Shown in pieces: positions 1-11,264 of a DNA stretch of 42,537 nt; positions within the stretch are counted from its first letter, which is position 1, and every line of letters begins with the position of its first letter. The stretch comes from Dimorphilus gyrociliatus. Taxonomy: Eukaryota > Animalia > Annelida. The notes under the pieces were generated by a model. It was not told where the DNA came from. It worked only from the letters and a program-made list of their open reading frames with translations, and searched no databases. The stretch lies in assembly GCA_904063045.1 (NCBI GenBank), contig CAJFCJ010000097.1, positions 1-42,537 of the forward strand. Direction: 5' to 3'. The position numbers were made by a program, and so were the translations under genes.

Positions 1-273
1 TTGTCAGGTGTTGTGTATCTTCAAATGCAAATTCTATATAGTAGAATGCCAAGTCACCTTGTACATATTTATATCAATCAACACTTTACTGAACCAGCAC
101 TACCCGGCGGTCAAGCTGATTGATCTACTCATCAGACAATTCAGTTGCTTTGAATGTTACTAAATATATTTACCTAAGTTTCAAAGTTTCAAAAGTAAAG
201 TTTCAAAAGAAAATTTGTCAATCATTGTGTGTTATTAAGTAATTCTGATTATAGAGATATTGTATCAGATAGT

Positions 274-545
274 TGTACAGGAAGTTTTGATATATTTTAT
301 GCTTGAACTATGTTATTATATTGTAGTTATATCTCTGAAAACCTATGTAAGAAAATGCAATAATATTTGGCCAAACTTGTATCTTAGTTACTGATCCTAA
401 ATTTTCATCTTTCATGATCAATCAAGGCTTGGCAAAGTTATAACTCAACTAGTCTTCCTAAAGGTACCTCCATCTAATCACCTAAGAAGATGATATGGTT
501 TCAACCTCTACAAGGAGCAAGCCTTCTACTCCTCAACATTCAAAG
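274..545 (-). repeat. Copy of the ~560-bp TGTAC...GTACA solo-LTR-like family (internally deleted, inverted relative to the 25220-25780 copy)
   Basis: It starts TGTAC at 274. Blocks such as ttttatgcttgaactat, ttggccaaac, aagg(c/t)ttgg(c/a)aagttataa and caacctctac...cctcaacatt match the reverse complement of 25220-25780 and the 7038-7289 copy (aligned by eye). Confidence 0.7.
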
Positions 546-912
546 GCGCAAATTTTTAAACAATTCAGACTAAAAGTATTTTTTATACAAAGAACAGTGA
601 CATCTGAATAGTCTCTGGTCAGTTTTGTAGAACTTCTTGTGCTGACCACTTTTGATTAAACTTGCACTTTTTGGTTATTTATAATTCCAATTTCATTGTT
701 ATTTTATGCTGAATGTTTCTGTACAATTTAAAAAGCTTTATAGTGGCTCCATCAGTTGTTGGGAAATATATTATTTTCTACCAAATAAAAAAATCTTATA
801 AAATTCTATGCTTTAATACACTAATGCTGAACTTGAGTACATTTGCACCCTTTTTTTCTTTATTATAATTATGGATTCTTTTATAAAATAGTTTGGTTGA
901 TAATATATATGT

Positions 913-1535
913 ATAAAGTGGACGACAGGAGTATATGGACACCATACATTTTGATAGGCCAACTTTTAATTAACAGTTAAAATTGTAAGTAGAGGGAGCT
1001 GATAAGACAAAATTTCAAGTATAAAAGAGTCAGACAAAGAACTGATCTCACCTCCAAAGATTGCAGACAAAGAAAAGAATACTGCCTCAAAATTATTAGC
1101 TAAAATCTAGACTGGTCTAGGGTTATTTTTACTGATTAGGCTAGATTTTTGATAAGTGGACCTGACGACTTTAGGAATTGGACCAGCAATAGAGAAAAGG
1201 GCTTCAGGGTGACAAAAAATATGGCGAGAGATGGAGTATTGGTGTGGGGGTTGATAACCTCTGATGGTGTATTCAAAGTCTGGAGGATGAGGAGAAGGCT
1301 GAATGCTGAAAACTACAGCTCCTTCACTGTGGAAGATGTTCTGCCTGTGATAGAAGAAATTGAGGCAAAAATGGGCAGGCAGTACATCTTCCAGCAGGAC
1401 AATGCTGGCTGTCACACCACAAGGAAAACAAAAAGAGCATTTTAAAACAACAATATCACACCCATTGATTGGCCAGCAAGGAGCCCCAATCTGAGTCCAA
1501 TAGAGAACATGTGGCACCTGACCAAGACAATGTAA
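913..1535 (+). mobile_element. Tc1-family (DD34E) transposon remnant, internally deleted, pseudogenised transposase
   Basis: The translation reads DWSRVIFTD*ARF...VLVWG...FQQDNAGCH...F*NNNITPIDWPARSPNLSPIENMW, with 34 residues between the second D and the E and in-frame stops. A Tc1-like 5' end (aagtggacgacaggagtatatggacacc) lies at about 913-942, and the HTH region is missing. Confidence 0.9.
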
Positions 1536-1575
1536 CAATTGTGATTCAAAAATTTATGGAAGGCAAACATATTTC

Positions 1576-1782
1576 GGATGCAACAGAAAATGCCCGCAAA
1601 TCAGTCCTTTTACCCTAACCCTAACCCAGCCCTTGGCTGTATCTAACTTTTTCCATTACCCCTAACCCTTAGAGGAGACCCGCCTAAGTACAAATCAGTT
1701 GCTATTTTCTTCTTCCTAACCATTTCTTAATCCAAAATCTAGTCTTGAAATTTCTCATTTGTGAACATTTTCTGTCAACCCC
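1576..1782. mobile_element. MULE-type MITE (~207 bp) containing telomere-like CCCTAA repeats
   Basis: Imperfect TIRs are ggatgcaacagaaaatgcccgcaaat and atttgtgaacattttctgtcaacccc. The flanks are an 8/9-bp direct repeat, acatattt(c/g), at 1567-1575 and 1783-1791. The interior has taccctaaccctaaccc, and a second copy lies at 18055-18256. Confidence 0.85.
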
Positions 1783-2327
1783 ACATATTTGACATGCTGC
1801 CTTTGTGTGAATCTTATCCATAAAAAATGTACAGGTATATTAGTTTTTAATTATGTTTTAGATAACTATATTTTGTTAACATATTCACACAGAAACACCT
1901 AGCATACCAGTTTGCACAACATGCCACAAAAGAAAATGTGCTGTTAGCCTTAAGAAGTTAACCAATATGGAAATTGACCAGTACCAAAAGAATAATAAGA
2001 GCTTAAATGATAACAGAAGTGATCCTGCTAAATTTAAGGATTCAACTTGTATCTGTTAGCTGTGTTATATTTTCCACTTTGTTGAAAGTTTATGAAATTG
2101 TAATTGATCCTCTTTCATGAAAAAGTTAAAATATGTATAGTTCTCAGTTAAAACACTCAAACTTTTATTAACTAATTGAAAAAAGAAACTACATAATTAA
2201 ATATTTGAACAGATCTGTATAAATGGAATAATATAAATAATATTTGAGTATGAAAATTGTATGTGTAGTATTTCTCTTGCAAACTTTATTACAGATACTA
2301 ACTAGAAAGTCAAGATTTGAAGTGCAA

Positions 2328-3308
2328 ATGGATTATCTATTTCAAATTATCCTCCTTTTACAATTAGTTAAAGACCAAAAATTTGAAGCTGTTTTTAAAA
2401 GCTGTAGTCAGGCACTAATTGCCAACGATCTCTTAAATTCCACTTTTAAAATTCAACCTATTGATAATGGTCGAAAATTTGATATTAAATGTTATTTTAG
2501 CGAAAAAAATGAATTTATTTCAGAAATTGATAATGATGTTGACCAAAATAAAGTTTTAAGGGCTCCACTACAATCTAAGAAATTTATCACTACAAATATA
2601 AAATATCAAGATATGACAAATTCAGAATTGGAATCAATACTCAACTTGTCTGGCCTTTGTTCACAGAATATGCAACTCGTGGCTCAAAATTCTCAAGCCA
2701 AATTTTTGATGTTTGAATTTTTTGATGGTACAAATTATACATTAAGTAATTTTGAAGATGGTATATGCAAATGTTTAATATCAAAGGTATGTTTAGAAAA
2801 TAATGACAAAGGCAAAGTCTGTACTGACACTGGCACTCAAATACATAATCAAGTCTATAATTTGAAAGGTGAAATTTCTGTTGTACCTAATCGCTTGCCA
2901 TTAATTAAAACTGTATATGGAGATATTGATGATCCAATTGAATTCGCAAAGCATGTTATAAATCCATTAGTATGTGTTTCATCTGTTGTAAAAGTCTCAT
3001 TACCTAGTGGATGCTTTGGTAATTTATTACCTTTACATGATAATGATTTAAGCACTTGTGTTACTTTTAAAATAACAAGTGTTACACTGGAAATATCATT
3101 TTTTAAACAGTTTAAGATCCATTCAAAATTAGAAAGTTTACTCAGTATAGTTTCTTATCTCAAGACAGAGGATAGTGGCATCATTAGAATGTGCAATGAA
3201 ATTGAAAAGCATAATTTTGAATGTGAATTTTATTCAAGAAAAATTCTAATTTTTATTCAAAGTTTATCAGAAAGCGCAATTCAATTATGTGAAATTGAAC
3301 CATACTGA
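2328..3308 (+). CDS. Intronless secreted protein with a Caspr/neurexin-IV-type fibrinogen-like domain and a probable C-terminal F-type-lectin/discoidin-like domain (326 aa)
   Basis: The ATG at 2328 begins a hydrophobic signal-like segment (MDYLFQIILLLQLV), and a possible UTR-intron acceptor ttattacag ends at 2294. The pattern KSC...FKIQP...FDIKC...IKY...ELESILNLSGLCSQ...CKC...C...LP...YGD...INPLVC follows the Caspr fibrinogen-like domain. The C-terminal QLCEIEPY resembles the LCEVEVY end of fucolectin/FTP domains. Confidence 0.7.
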   Translation: MDYLFQIILLLQLVKDQKFEAVFKSCSQALIANDLLNSTFKIQPIDNGRKFDIKCYFSEKNEFISEIDNDVDQNKVLRAPLQSKKFITTNIKYQDMTNSELESILNLSGLCSQNMQLVAQNSQAKFLMFEFFDGTNYTLSNFEDGICKCLISKVCLENNDKGKVCTDTGTQIHNQVYNLKGEISVVPNRLPLIKTVYGDIDDPIEFAKHVINPLVCVSSVVKVSLPSGCFGNLLPLHDNDLSTCVTFKITSVTLEISFFKQFKIHSKLESLLSIVSYLKTEDSGIIRMCNEIEKHNFECEFYSRKILIFIQSLSESAIQLCEIEPY

Positions 3309-3847
3309 CTTTTGTTTATAAACAATAGTTTGTCAAAGGTTAAAATCTTAATATCTATTTTATTGTTTCTGAATGTTTAATGTGGAAATACTTAATTAAT
3401 TGGATGAATATTTGAATGACTTTTTTTAAATACATTAATACAAGTACGTAATAAAACTGTTCAAGTTTCATTTAAGAAAAATTTCCAATTTTTTAACATT
3501 CAAATTGAATAATTTTTTTTTCAAAAAAACAAACTCTAATTCATAATTTCCTTCTTTAAAGTTGTTATGTTAAATGAATAATCAAAATAAAACATATTTA
3601 TTAAATAATATACAAACTTGCTTTCTATTGGAAGAAGATTTTGGTCAGATATCTTCCAGTATCCGTCTTAATCTTGCAGATCATAGAAATTTAATATCAA
3701 ATATTGGATATGATTACATTTCTGCTCTGGCATATTATATACTAGGTCAGGTTTTCTCTGGTCTTTGGATATCCTGGGGGGGAATACAGCAAACCAAAAT
3801 AATATCAAAACGTTGCGAATCATGGGTTCGCAACACCATGATGTGGT

Positions 3848-4180
3848 ATAAAGTAAAGGCCTAATATATCCGGACACTGTAAATAATGATAGGCCAAATT
3901 TTAAAACACCTCAAAAATGTTATCATTGTTTAAAGTTGATTTTTTTGTCTAAGTTAAGATGATTATATAGAATCTATTTTACCTACATGACATAATTTTT
4001 ATATCATTTATTTCATTATGGCATGGGATAAAGAGGTTAGGAACCTGGTAATTCAGAAATGCAAATAATAAGGAAAAGTAAGGGAAACAGCAAGGGCTTT
4101 GGGAATGGCATCATCTACAGTAAGTGATATTTTAAGATATAAGCCACCCAAACAAAAGAATAGGGGTCGTCCAAAGATTT
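3848..4180 (+). mobile_element. Tc1 5' fragment (terminal region plus decayed HTH)
   Basis: From 4018 it reads MAWDKEVRNLVIQKCK**GKVRETARALGMASSTVSDILRY...RGRPK (HTH plus GRPK motif). The upstream ggacac...tgataggccaa resembles the 5' end of the 913 Tc1. Confidence 0.7.
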
Positions 4181-4199
4181 AAATTTAAATTTATCCCTC

Positions 4200-4470
4200 T
4201 TATTTGTGAAGAATTTTCAACACTTTTCCCAAATAGATAGTTTTTTTTCATCTAAATTACAACAGCTAAAATTGAACTTCTCCAAAGTATCCATTGATTG
4301 TAGAAATACATAGCAAATAGTCCAAAATTCATCAGAACCTTTAAGGAGAAAAAACTCTACATGTCCAGAAATGCTTATTGACTTAATATTCTTACTTGTT
4401 TTAAGTATTTGAATGCATTTTTCCATTAGGGTACAGTTACCAAGTTTGGTTAGAAAAATCAAAATCCAAC
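4200..4470 (-). pseudogene. Fragment of the local NLR-type 57-aa LRR module
   Basis: LGNC...ILKTSKNIKSISISG...FWTICYVFLQSMDTLEKFNFSCCNLDEKK follows the consensus of the LRR units at 28402-30111 and in the NLR. It covers roughly one unit, with no start or context. Confidence 0.7.
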
Positions 4471-4599
4471 TTCTTTATCTCTAATTTGTCAATATTTTTT
4501 TATGTTTTCTATAGTATAATTTAAATCAGTGTTACAAGAAAAGTAAAGTAAACAGTGCTAAAAACTAACACTTTAAACTTCAAAAATCACACATTATGG

Positions 4600-7036
4600 A
4601 TGATAAATGGAACAACAAAGTTGCAGTAGTTGAGAAACATTCATTTCAGATCTTTCAAAACTTTCCCAAGCTTTAAAAATTTTTTTTGAAAATGCTGATA
4701 AGTTTTTCTCTGATTTCTGCAGATTTTCTTTTCAGATAGAAGCTTTTCAAAGACATTGATTAGATCTGCTTCATGTTTCAACTTTTGAACAATTGTGTAG
4801 AATGATGTTCTATTCCCAAAAGATGAGTTAAAATTTTTGGTGGAAGCCTTCCAGATCATTGTTTGTGCAAATTGCTCTTTTGAAACATGACTTAGCTGAT
4901 GGAGGCCAAATTGTACTATCAATCTATGTATTTTGAAAGTAAGAAATCAGTTGAGATGACTCATTACATTCTTGCAGATAATCTTTCATACTTTCAAATT
5001 GATGTTTGATGTGATCTGACGGTAGAAATGGTAGAGAGAGGAGTAGTCTCATTGCAAACCATTCTCTTGTGCAATTTTTATATTGTGATTGATGTCCAAG
5101 CTCCTATTATCAATAAATGATTGAATGAAAACTATTAAAAAATTATAAAAAACTTTTTATTTATGCATTACCCCAATCTTTCTGTAAATTGCTTGACACC
5201 AGTGAAAAAGACATCCAATTATGTTAACATCACGTGCTAATTCACTCATAGTTCTCCATGCACTCTCTTTAAAATCTAGCATTACAGTTTTTGGTTGAAA
5301 TCCATTAGTCAGTTTAAAAACAGCCTATAAAATATTAACAGTATTTAAAGAAATACCTATTGAATTTATGTTATTTACCTTGAATATAATTTTATAGCTG
5401 ATTTTTTCTTGGATGAGCAGAATGCAAATAAGAGAGGGACTTGTTTCAATTCTGAATCTTTTTTAGAAATCCATGAATGGATCATTTGCAGGTTTGAATG
5501 CTCCATCAAGGAACCAAATATTTGTTGATTGTAAAAGATTAAGTTGATGGTCTGTTGCAAATATTACTACTCTTGTTTGCTATTCCAAAATATCCACTTT
5601 CAAGAAGTTTTGTGATAAGAACATTTGCTTTATAATAAATCTTAAACCAGTAGGCTCCTCTGGTCTATTTTTTCTTTCGTGATAGTTAACAACTTCAATG
5701 CAAGATTTTATTGATGGTAAAGATTCATTTTTGTTTAATTCAATTAGAGTTTCCTCTGCAATGCTTCTCCCATTTTGATGAACATTAACTTTGCCTTTCT
5801 CCCTGACATTCTTTTTCAAAAGAAGTTTATTTTCAATGTCTTTAACAGGACTGTGAAAGTGCTCAGCTTTAGATAATCTATAGGAGTAATTCAATTCAGT
5901 AATTGCAGCTTTGCACTTTTGCTTCTTTGTTCTTACACCACAAGTCCAGTATGTTGTTTCACCACAATTACACTTTAATGTATACCAATATCCATTATGT
6001 ATCAACACATTTTTCCCTTTAGCACTTGCCTTTTCCAGAATTTTGAATGGCTCAATTTCATACACATGCTTTTTTCAAATACTTGATCATTTTCAGTTGA
6101 AATTTCCACTTCATTGCAAAAGTCAGGTACTGTTTCTGGAATTTCTGTTGACACTGCAAATTCACTAGAAAAATCTGGAATATGTTCTTCCTCATTAACC
6201 ATTTCATCTGCTTTCCTGTGCTCTTGATAAACTCCAAAATGAAAGGAAAAATTAATATCAGATGGTTTTGGAGAAGTAAATTTGTCATTAATGTCTTCCT
6301 CTTGAGGTGCATTTTGTGATGGTGGCATTATCATTTGCATAGCACTACTTTCATTCAATTCATTCTGCTGAGTTTTTTTGAATTTGCATCTATTCAGTTG
6401 TATAATAATTTCTTTATTGTTTATTTCTTTGCATTGAGTGCAATATTTTCCTATTTAAAAAGTAATATTTAAAATGTAAAACTGAAATTATTTAAAGAGT
6501 CTGACCTTCAATACATTTGACATGGAATATGTATTTGCATAGTACACATTTCATTTTCTTTTCCTTTCCATGAAAGTGTTTGTTACAACATGCTGCCATT
6601 TTGAATCCTGATGTAATGCCACATTTAAAAACATTCATTTAATTCAAAACTTGCTACTTTTTACATGGCAAATAATAATAATACATTATGATAAATAAAG
6701 ATAAATAATACTTACAATAATTACACATATATGACACCAGTTTTAAACCAGTTTCAATGAATTTTCCTTAAAGGTAAACAGCTTAAAAAAACAGGAAGTA
6801 GATGTAACTAGAAAAGAAAACTGGTATAAAATGAATATTTTTCTTATACTTTTAAGATATCTCACTAATCCTATATCAATTAATTTTTAAGTATTTTGTT
6901 GTAAATATTTTTTTTGGTTTATGTTAAGAACATTCTTTCTATTAAAGTTGTGCACATTTGCTATTTCAGCTGTGGACATTTTCCATTTTACTTGTGGACA
7001 TTTTTCATATTTGTGTGGACGTTTTCCATGACCCCC
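4600..7036 (-). mobile_element. Mutator-like (MULE) element, decayed: PHD-like + FLYWCH + MULE DDE transposase, with its 5' terminus preserved
   Basis: The terminus is GGGGTCATGGAAAACGTCCAC with tandem aaaatgtccac subterminal repeats (6945-7036). FLYWCH: NGYWY...YWTC...C.A...HFH (about 5860-6060). Core: KQVPLLF, VMLDFKES...GCLFHWCQAIYRKI (about 5160-5300), and TNNDLEGFH...LLSEKKICRNQRKTY (about 4650-4880). A Cys/His PHD-like stretch lies at about 6420-6640. There are many frameshifts and the 3' TIR was not found. Confidence 0.9.
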
Positions 7037-7037
7037 C

Positions 7038-7289
7038 TCGGAAGATAACCTGGAAACAACCTCTACTGTAGCCATCTATCTATTCCTCAACATTGGAAGA
7101 CAGTTTGGTAATTTGGCAACCTGCTTTTATGAACTATGTACTCTGCTATTGAACTCTCAAATTGCTACTTCCTTAAGTATTATTTTTTTGAATCAACCAT
7201 TTTAATTTAAACATTTGTATAAAGGTTTGAGTAGAACCAGTATTGTTGTAACTTGCAAATGCATAAGTCGGCGAGGCAAGAGCAATACA
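7038..7289 (-). repeat. Half copy of the TGTAC...GTACA solo-LTR-like family
   Basis: It is closely similar to the reverse complement of 25220-25460 and ends at the same terminus (TGTA(T/C)TGCTC). It is cut on the other side by the MULE terminus at 7036. Confidence 0.85.
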
Positions 7290-7379
7290 CTTGGATCTTT
7301 TTCCATCCATGTTTCCAAACAAATACCAGATAAAAGATCTTTTTCTGTAACATAGTAATACTGTTGGAATATCATATGT

Positions 7380-7790
7380 TGGATTTTCTAGTAGAGTATA
7401 AAGAGGGTGATTTGTTGATATAACTCATCAGCTCCATCAAGAAGGACGACAAGATCATTTCTCTTTTCAACAAAAAAAGATTCTACTATGTTTTCAGTGA
7501 CACATGGAATATTTTTGAAATTTTGTTCAATTATTTTTTGATAGGTGTTTGAATGTTTTTTAACCTTTCTTAAAATGATAAATAAGCAGAATTTTTGAGA
7601 ATCAATAATGCAGTGGATATTTGCCCATTTGTAAGGTAGATATTTGCCTTATACACTTTTGCCTATTCCAGGTTTTCCTTGTATTGAAACCTTTTTGCAG
7701 TCTGAATAAAATATAAAAGTGGCCAATGTTGATTAAATTTTCAGAGGATAGTTCATTCTGTATTAAAAAAGTTTATATTTTTGTTTGTTT
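7380..7790 (-). pseudogene. NACHT-domain (NLR) pseudogene fragment, paralogous to 19027-22653
   Basis: It reads KKVSIQGKPGIGKSV*GKYLPYKWAN...FCLFIILRKV...IIEQNFKNI...LVVLLDGADE. This matches the Walker A and Walker B context of the intact NLR, with a stop and frameshifts. Confidence 0.85.
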
Positions 7791-8769
7791 ATTGTTTGTT
7801 CTAGTCTTGGAGAAAGAGAATATAGGAGAAATCAATACATTTATATGACAACAAGTGGTAGAACAATCACCCTTCCTCCATTTCGTAATCAGGTAAGTAT
7901 AGACCAGATAGAGTTGCAATTGCTCTAAAGTAATCTTTATTTATAAATTATCACTAAAATGGAGGAAAAGTTTTTGATAGGTTTGCATTTTTCCCACTTT
8001 CATTGCATTACCCTAATCCTAACCCATCAGTGATGGGTGTTTTCGCTGGATAAGGAAAGTGCTTCAACATTATATTTTGAAGCTAAACTGATGGTTAAGA
8101 AGTAAAAAACTCAAAGAAGTTTGTCAACTGCTGGATTGAAGTTGGAGTATAAATTCAAAAGATGACAGATTTTTTGAAAGTATTGGAAAGGATCATCTTT
8201 AAAAAAGAAAATTTCCTGTCAACAGTATTCTCTTTTAAATGTGACTAGATATAGCAGAAGATTAGATTGATATCACATTTAATTAAGTTGGAATGAACAG
8301 TTGGTTCCCAAAATCTACTGTGATTCTTGAAATGTGAGAATTCTGTTTCTCTTTTTTGACAAAACCTCCTCACAATTTGCCCAATTGAATAAATATCTTC
8401 CTTTTCTTTTTTTGTGTCTAAAAATATAGGCAATTTTGATTTTATGAAATATTTTTTACTTTTTTCCTAAAATAAATAGATTGATTAATGAATTAATGTA
8501 ATAATTAATAAAAGCTCATTAACATTAAATATTTTTTTTTTAAAAGTAGGTCATTTTTAAAGGTAAGTAAAGCATTATGTAATTGAAAAATTTGTGTAGT
8601 AATATCGTTAATCATTCTTAAAAATTTCCAGTCTTTATAAAAGTCTTTTGCTGTATTGTCAATTTCTTTGGAAAATTCAATTGGAAGTGTATCAAAGGAA
8701 ATAGTTTCACCATTTCCTAAAATATTCAACACTAGAAAAAAAATGGATAAGGGAAAGATATTTTAAAAA

Positions 8770-10389
8770 GTTACACGTCAAAAAAATAATATTTTCTTGA
8801 TTTTTTCTCTTTCTGTACTTAAAGAATGACAATGAAGGATATTATTATATTTAGTAATATTCTTCTTATCATTATAGAGAGAAAATATACATTTTTCATT
8901 TCAAATCTCTGAATTATTGATATTTTAATGTGGTAGGCCTATTTTCTATGGGAGCATAAGTATTTGTTACAATCACAAAAATTACTCTAAAAGAATATTA
9001 AAAGTATTTTTTTGTTCTTATTTTGACTGTTATTTACAGGATATTATATTTTTTAATGCCTTAATATTTTGTGTGCATACCCTTAGCTTCTACAACTGCC
9101 CTAAGCCTTCTTTCCATTGTCTCATATAAGAATTGAATTTCCAATTCTGAAATTTTATAAAATTCCTCTCTGAACATCTCCCACAGCTCATCCTTGTTTC
9201 TTGGCTTATGTGCCATTAAACGTTTTTTGCATATGCCCCATATTTGCTCAATTATGTTCAGGTCTGGGCTGTTTGCTGGCCATGGATCCAGTGTTTCTAC
9301 TCCCTTTCTCTCGAGGTACGCTTTTGTTCTGGCTGCTGTATGACAGCTAGCCCCATCCTGCTGGAAAATTTCCCTCTCCTATAATTTGGGACAACATGAC
9401 TGCTCAAAATTTTGACATAATCCAAAGCTGTCATGCAATTAGACACTAAAGCTAGGCCCCTATCTCCATTGAACTTAATGTAGCCAAACACCATTATATT
9501 CCCTCCCCCAAATTTTACTGTTTTTGTGGTATATTTGGGGTCATTCCGTTTATCCAGTGGCCTCCTAACAAACTCCCTTCTCCTAGGATGCAGCTCAACC
9601 TTTGATTCATCAGAAAAAATTACTTTTTTCCAATTTTCAATCCCCCAGTTTTCTCTCTCTCTACAGAACTCTTTCCTACTTATTATCTGCCTCTTAGATA
9701 AAGCAGGTTTTTTGGCTGCAATTCTCCCATTTAAGTTATTTTTTCATAGTACCTGCTTCACTCTTGTTAGAGAAAGAGATATTGGTATACCAGAATAATA
9801 TAATACCTGATGGGCCGTCCACTTGGGGTTTGATTTAGATGCCCTGGTTATTTGCTTTTCCATCTTTGGTGTCACTTTTTTTGGTCTACCACTTCTTTGC
9901 TTATCTTTTATCGTTTTTAGCTCTTTAAATTTATTTTTTATATTTTGTACAGTAGTTGGACTACATTTAAAAAGCTTTGCCACTTTTCAAATGGACATTT
10001 CTGGTCTTTGAAGACAATTTAAGATAGAAATTCTTGTTGCTTCAGATAGCTTCACCATTTTTATTTTAAATTTGTCAACTGTTAGATTACACATGCTCAA
10101 ACACATAAATGACCTTAAAATCTGGTTAAAAGTGACACTACTCAATGATCAGGGTAAATTTTTTGAACATAACTGATGCTTGTGCTTTTCCATAAATAGG
10201 CCTATCACATTAAAGTGATCATATTTCTGAGATTTTAAATTAAAAACATATATTTTCTTTCTATAATGATAAGAAGAATATTATTAAATATAATAATATC
10301 CTTCATTTTCATTCTTTAGGCGCGGAAAGAGAAAAAATCAAGAAAATATTATTTTTTTGAGGTGTAACAGTGACTTACCGCCAGTACTG
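8770..10389 (-). mobile_element. Near-full-length Tc1-family element with ~180-200 bp TIRs; transposase pseudogene at 9061-10058
   Basis: TIR 8770-8951 matches the reverse complement of 10190-10369. The right end is CAGTACTGG flanked by TA (10390-10391), and about 20 bp of the left terminus is lost. The protein reads MVKLSE...HTH...RSGRPK...WKKVIFSDE...QQDGASCH...WPANSPDLNIIEQIW...GMHTKY*, with stops and frameshifts. Confidence 0.93.
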
Positions 10390-11264
10390 TATATATTTTT
10401 TGAACAGAAGAGCTCATCACTACCATATTTACAATTGACTATTTATAATTGACTATTCCATTACATATATATTTTGTAGGAATAAGTTGTTTTTGCATTC
10501 TACACTTAAACAGCCATTTTATATTCTTTTCATCTAAAAAAAATGTTTATTCTTTTTAACAATTTCTTTGTTTTTCTTTTACATTCATCACAAAATAATT
10601 CATCATCATTTGTTATACAATGATTTACACCATCACAAACTAGGTCAAGGGGAATACAAAAATTTTCTGAATGACATTTAAATTCTTCATGATGACAAAC
10701 AACATCTTTACTTCGACAAGAGTAAAATTGATGAAAAGGAAAATAAGGGTTTTTATCAGTTTTTCCCAAGTATGTATAATTCCTATAGCACTCTCTAAAG
10801 TTTTAAAGTTTATCTTTGTTCTCATTCTCAATTTCATTAGAACAGGTTTGAGGAAGTTCATCTTCACCTCCTAAACAATCAATTTCATAGTTGCAGTATT
10901 GAAATTTAGGAATACATTTTTCATTACATTGAAATTGAGTATCGCCTCTGCAATCTGTAGTTATTGAAGTTGTTTTTTTGTATTTTCTTTGTTATATATT
11001 ATTATTACTTTGGGAATATTTTGAATCAATGGCATAAGATGAGTCACAATTTTCATCACTTTTATCCAAACAATTTCTATTATTATCACATATTAGATCT
11101 TTATTGATACATTCTTTGTTTGCGCATTGTCTTGAAGATAAAGGGAGAATGTTAATTGGAGAGAAATATATTTTTTGTTATATTGTACTTTTCATTTTCA
11201 TAGTTGCAAAGTTTTCTCACTTGAATGATCTATGTTGAATACCTTAATAAAGTATATTTACTGC

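Noticed and set aside
85-150. GC-richer segment with possible multi-stem fold (actgaa...ttcagt)
   Set aside because: The stems are short, it does not match tRNA or another ncRNA pattern I can recognise, and there is no second copy in the window.
1107-1538. 143-aa minus-strand ORF, and similar antisense or alternate-frame ORFs (9526-9798, 9823-10011, 24334-24546, 24985-25263, 39028-39684, 41420-41944 3' part, 41750-42112)
   Set aside because: These are shadows of Tc1, PLE or host coding sequence on the other strand or frame, with no independent motifs.
1610-1660. CCCTAA repeats as a true telomere or chromosome-fusion scar
   Set aside because: There are only 2-3 units, lying inside a TIR/TSD-bounded MITE that is present twice.
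3574-3877. Overlapping 96-aa and 69-aa ORFs
   Set aside because: They have no recognisable motif and are short ORFs with alternative starts in AT-rich DNA.
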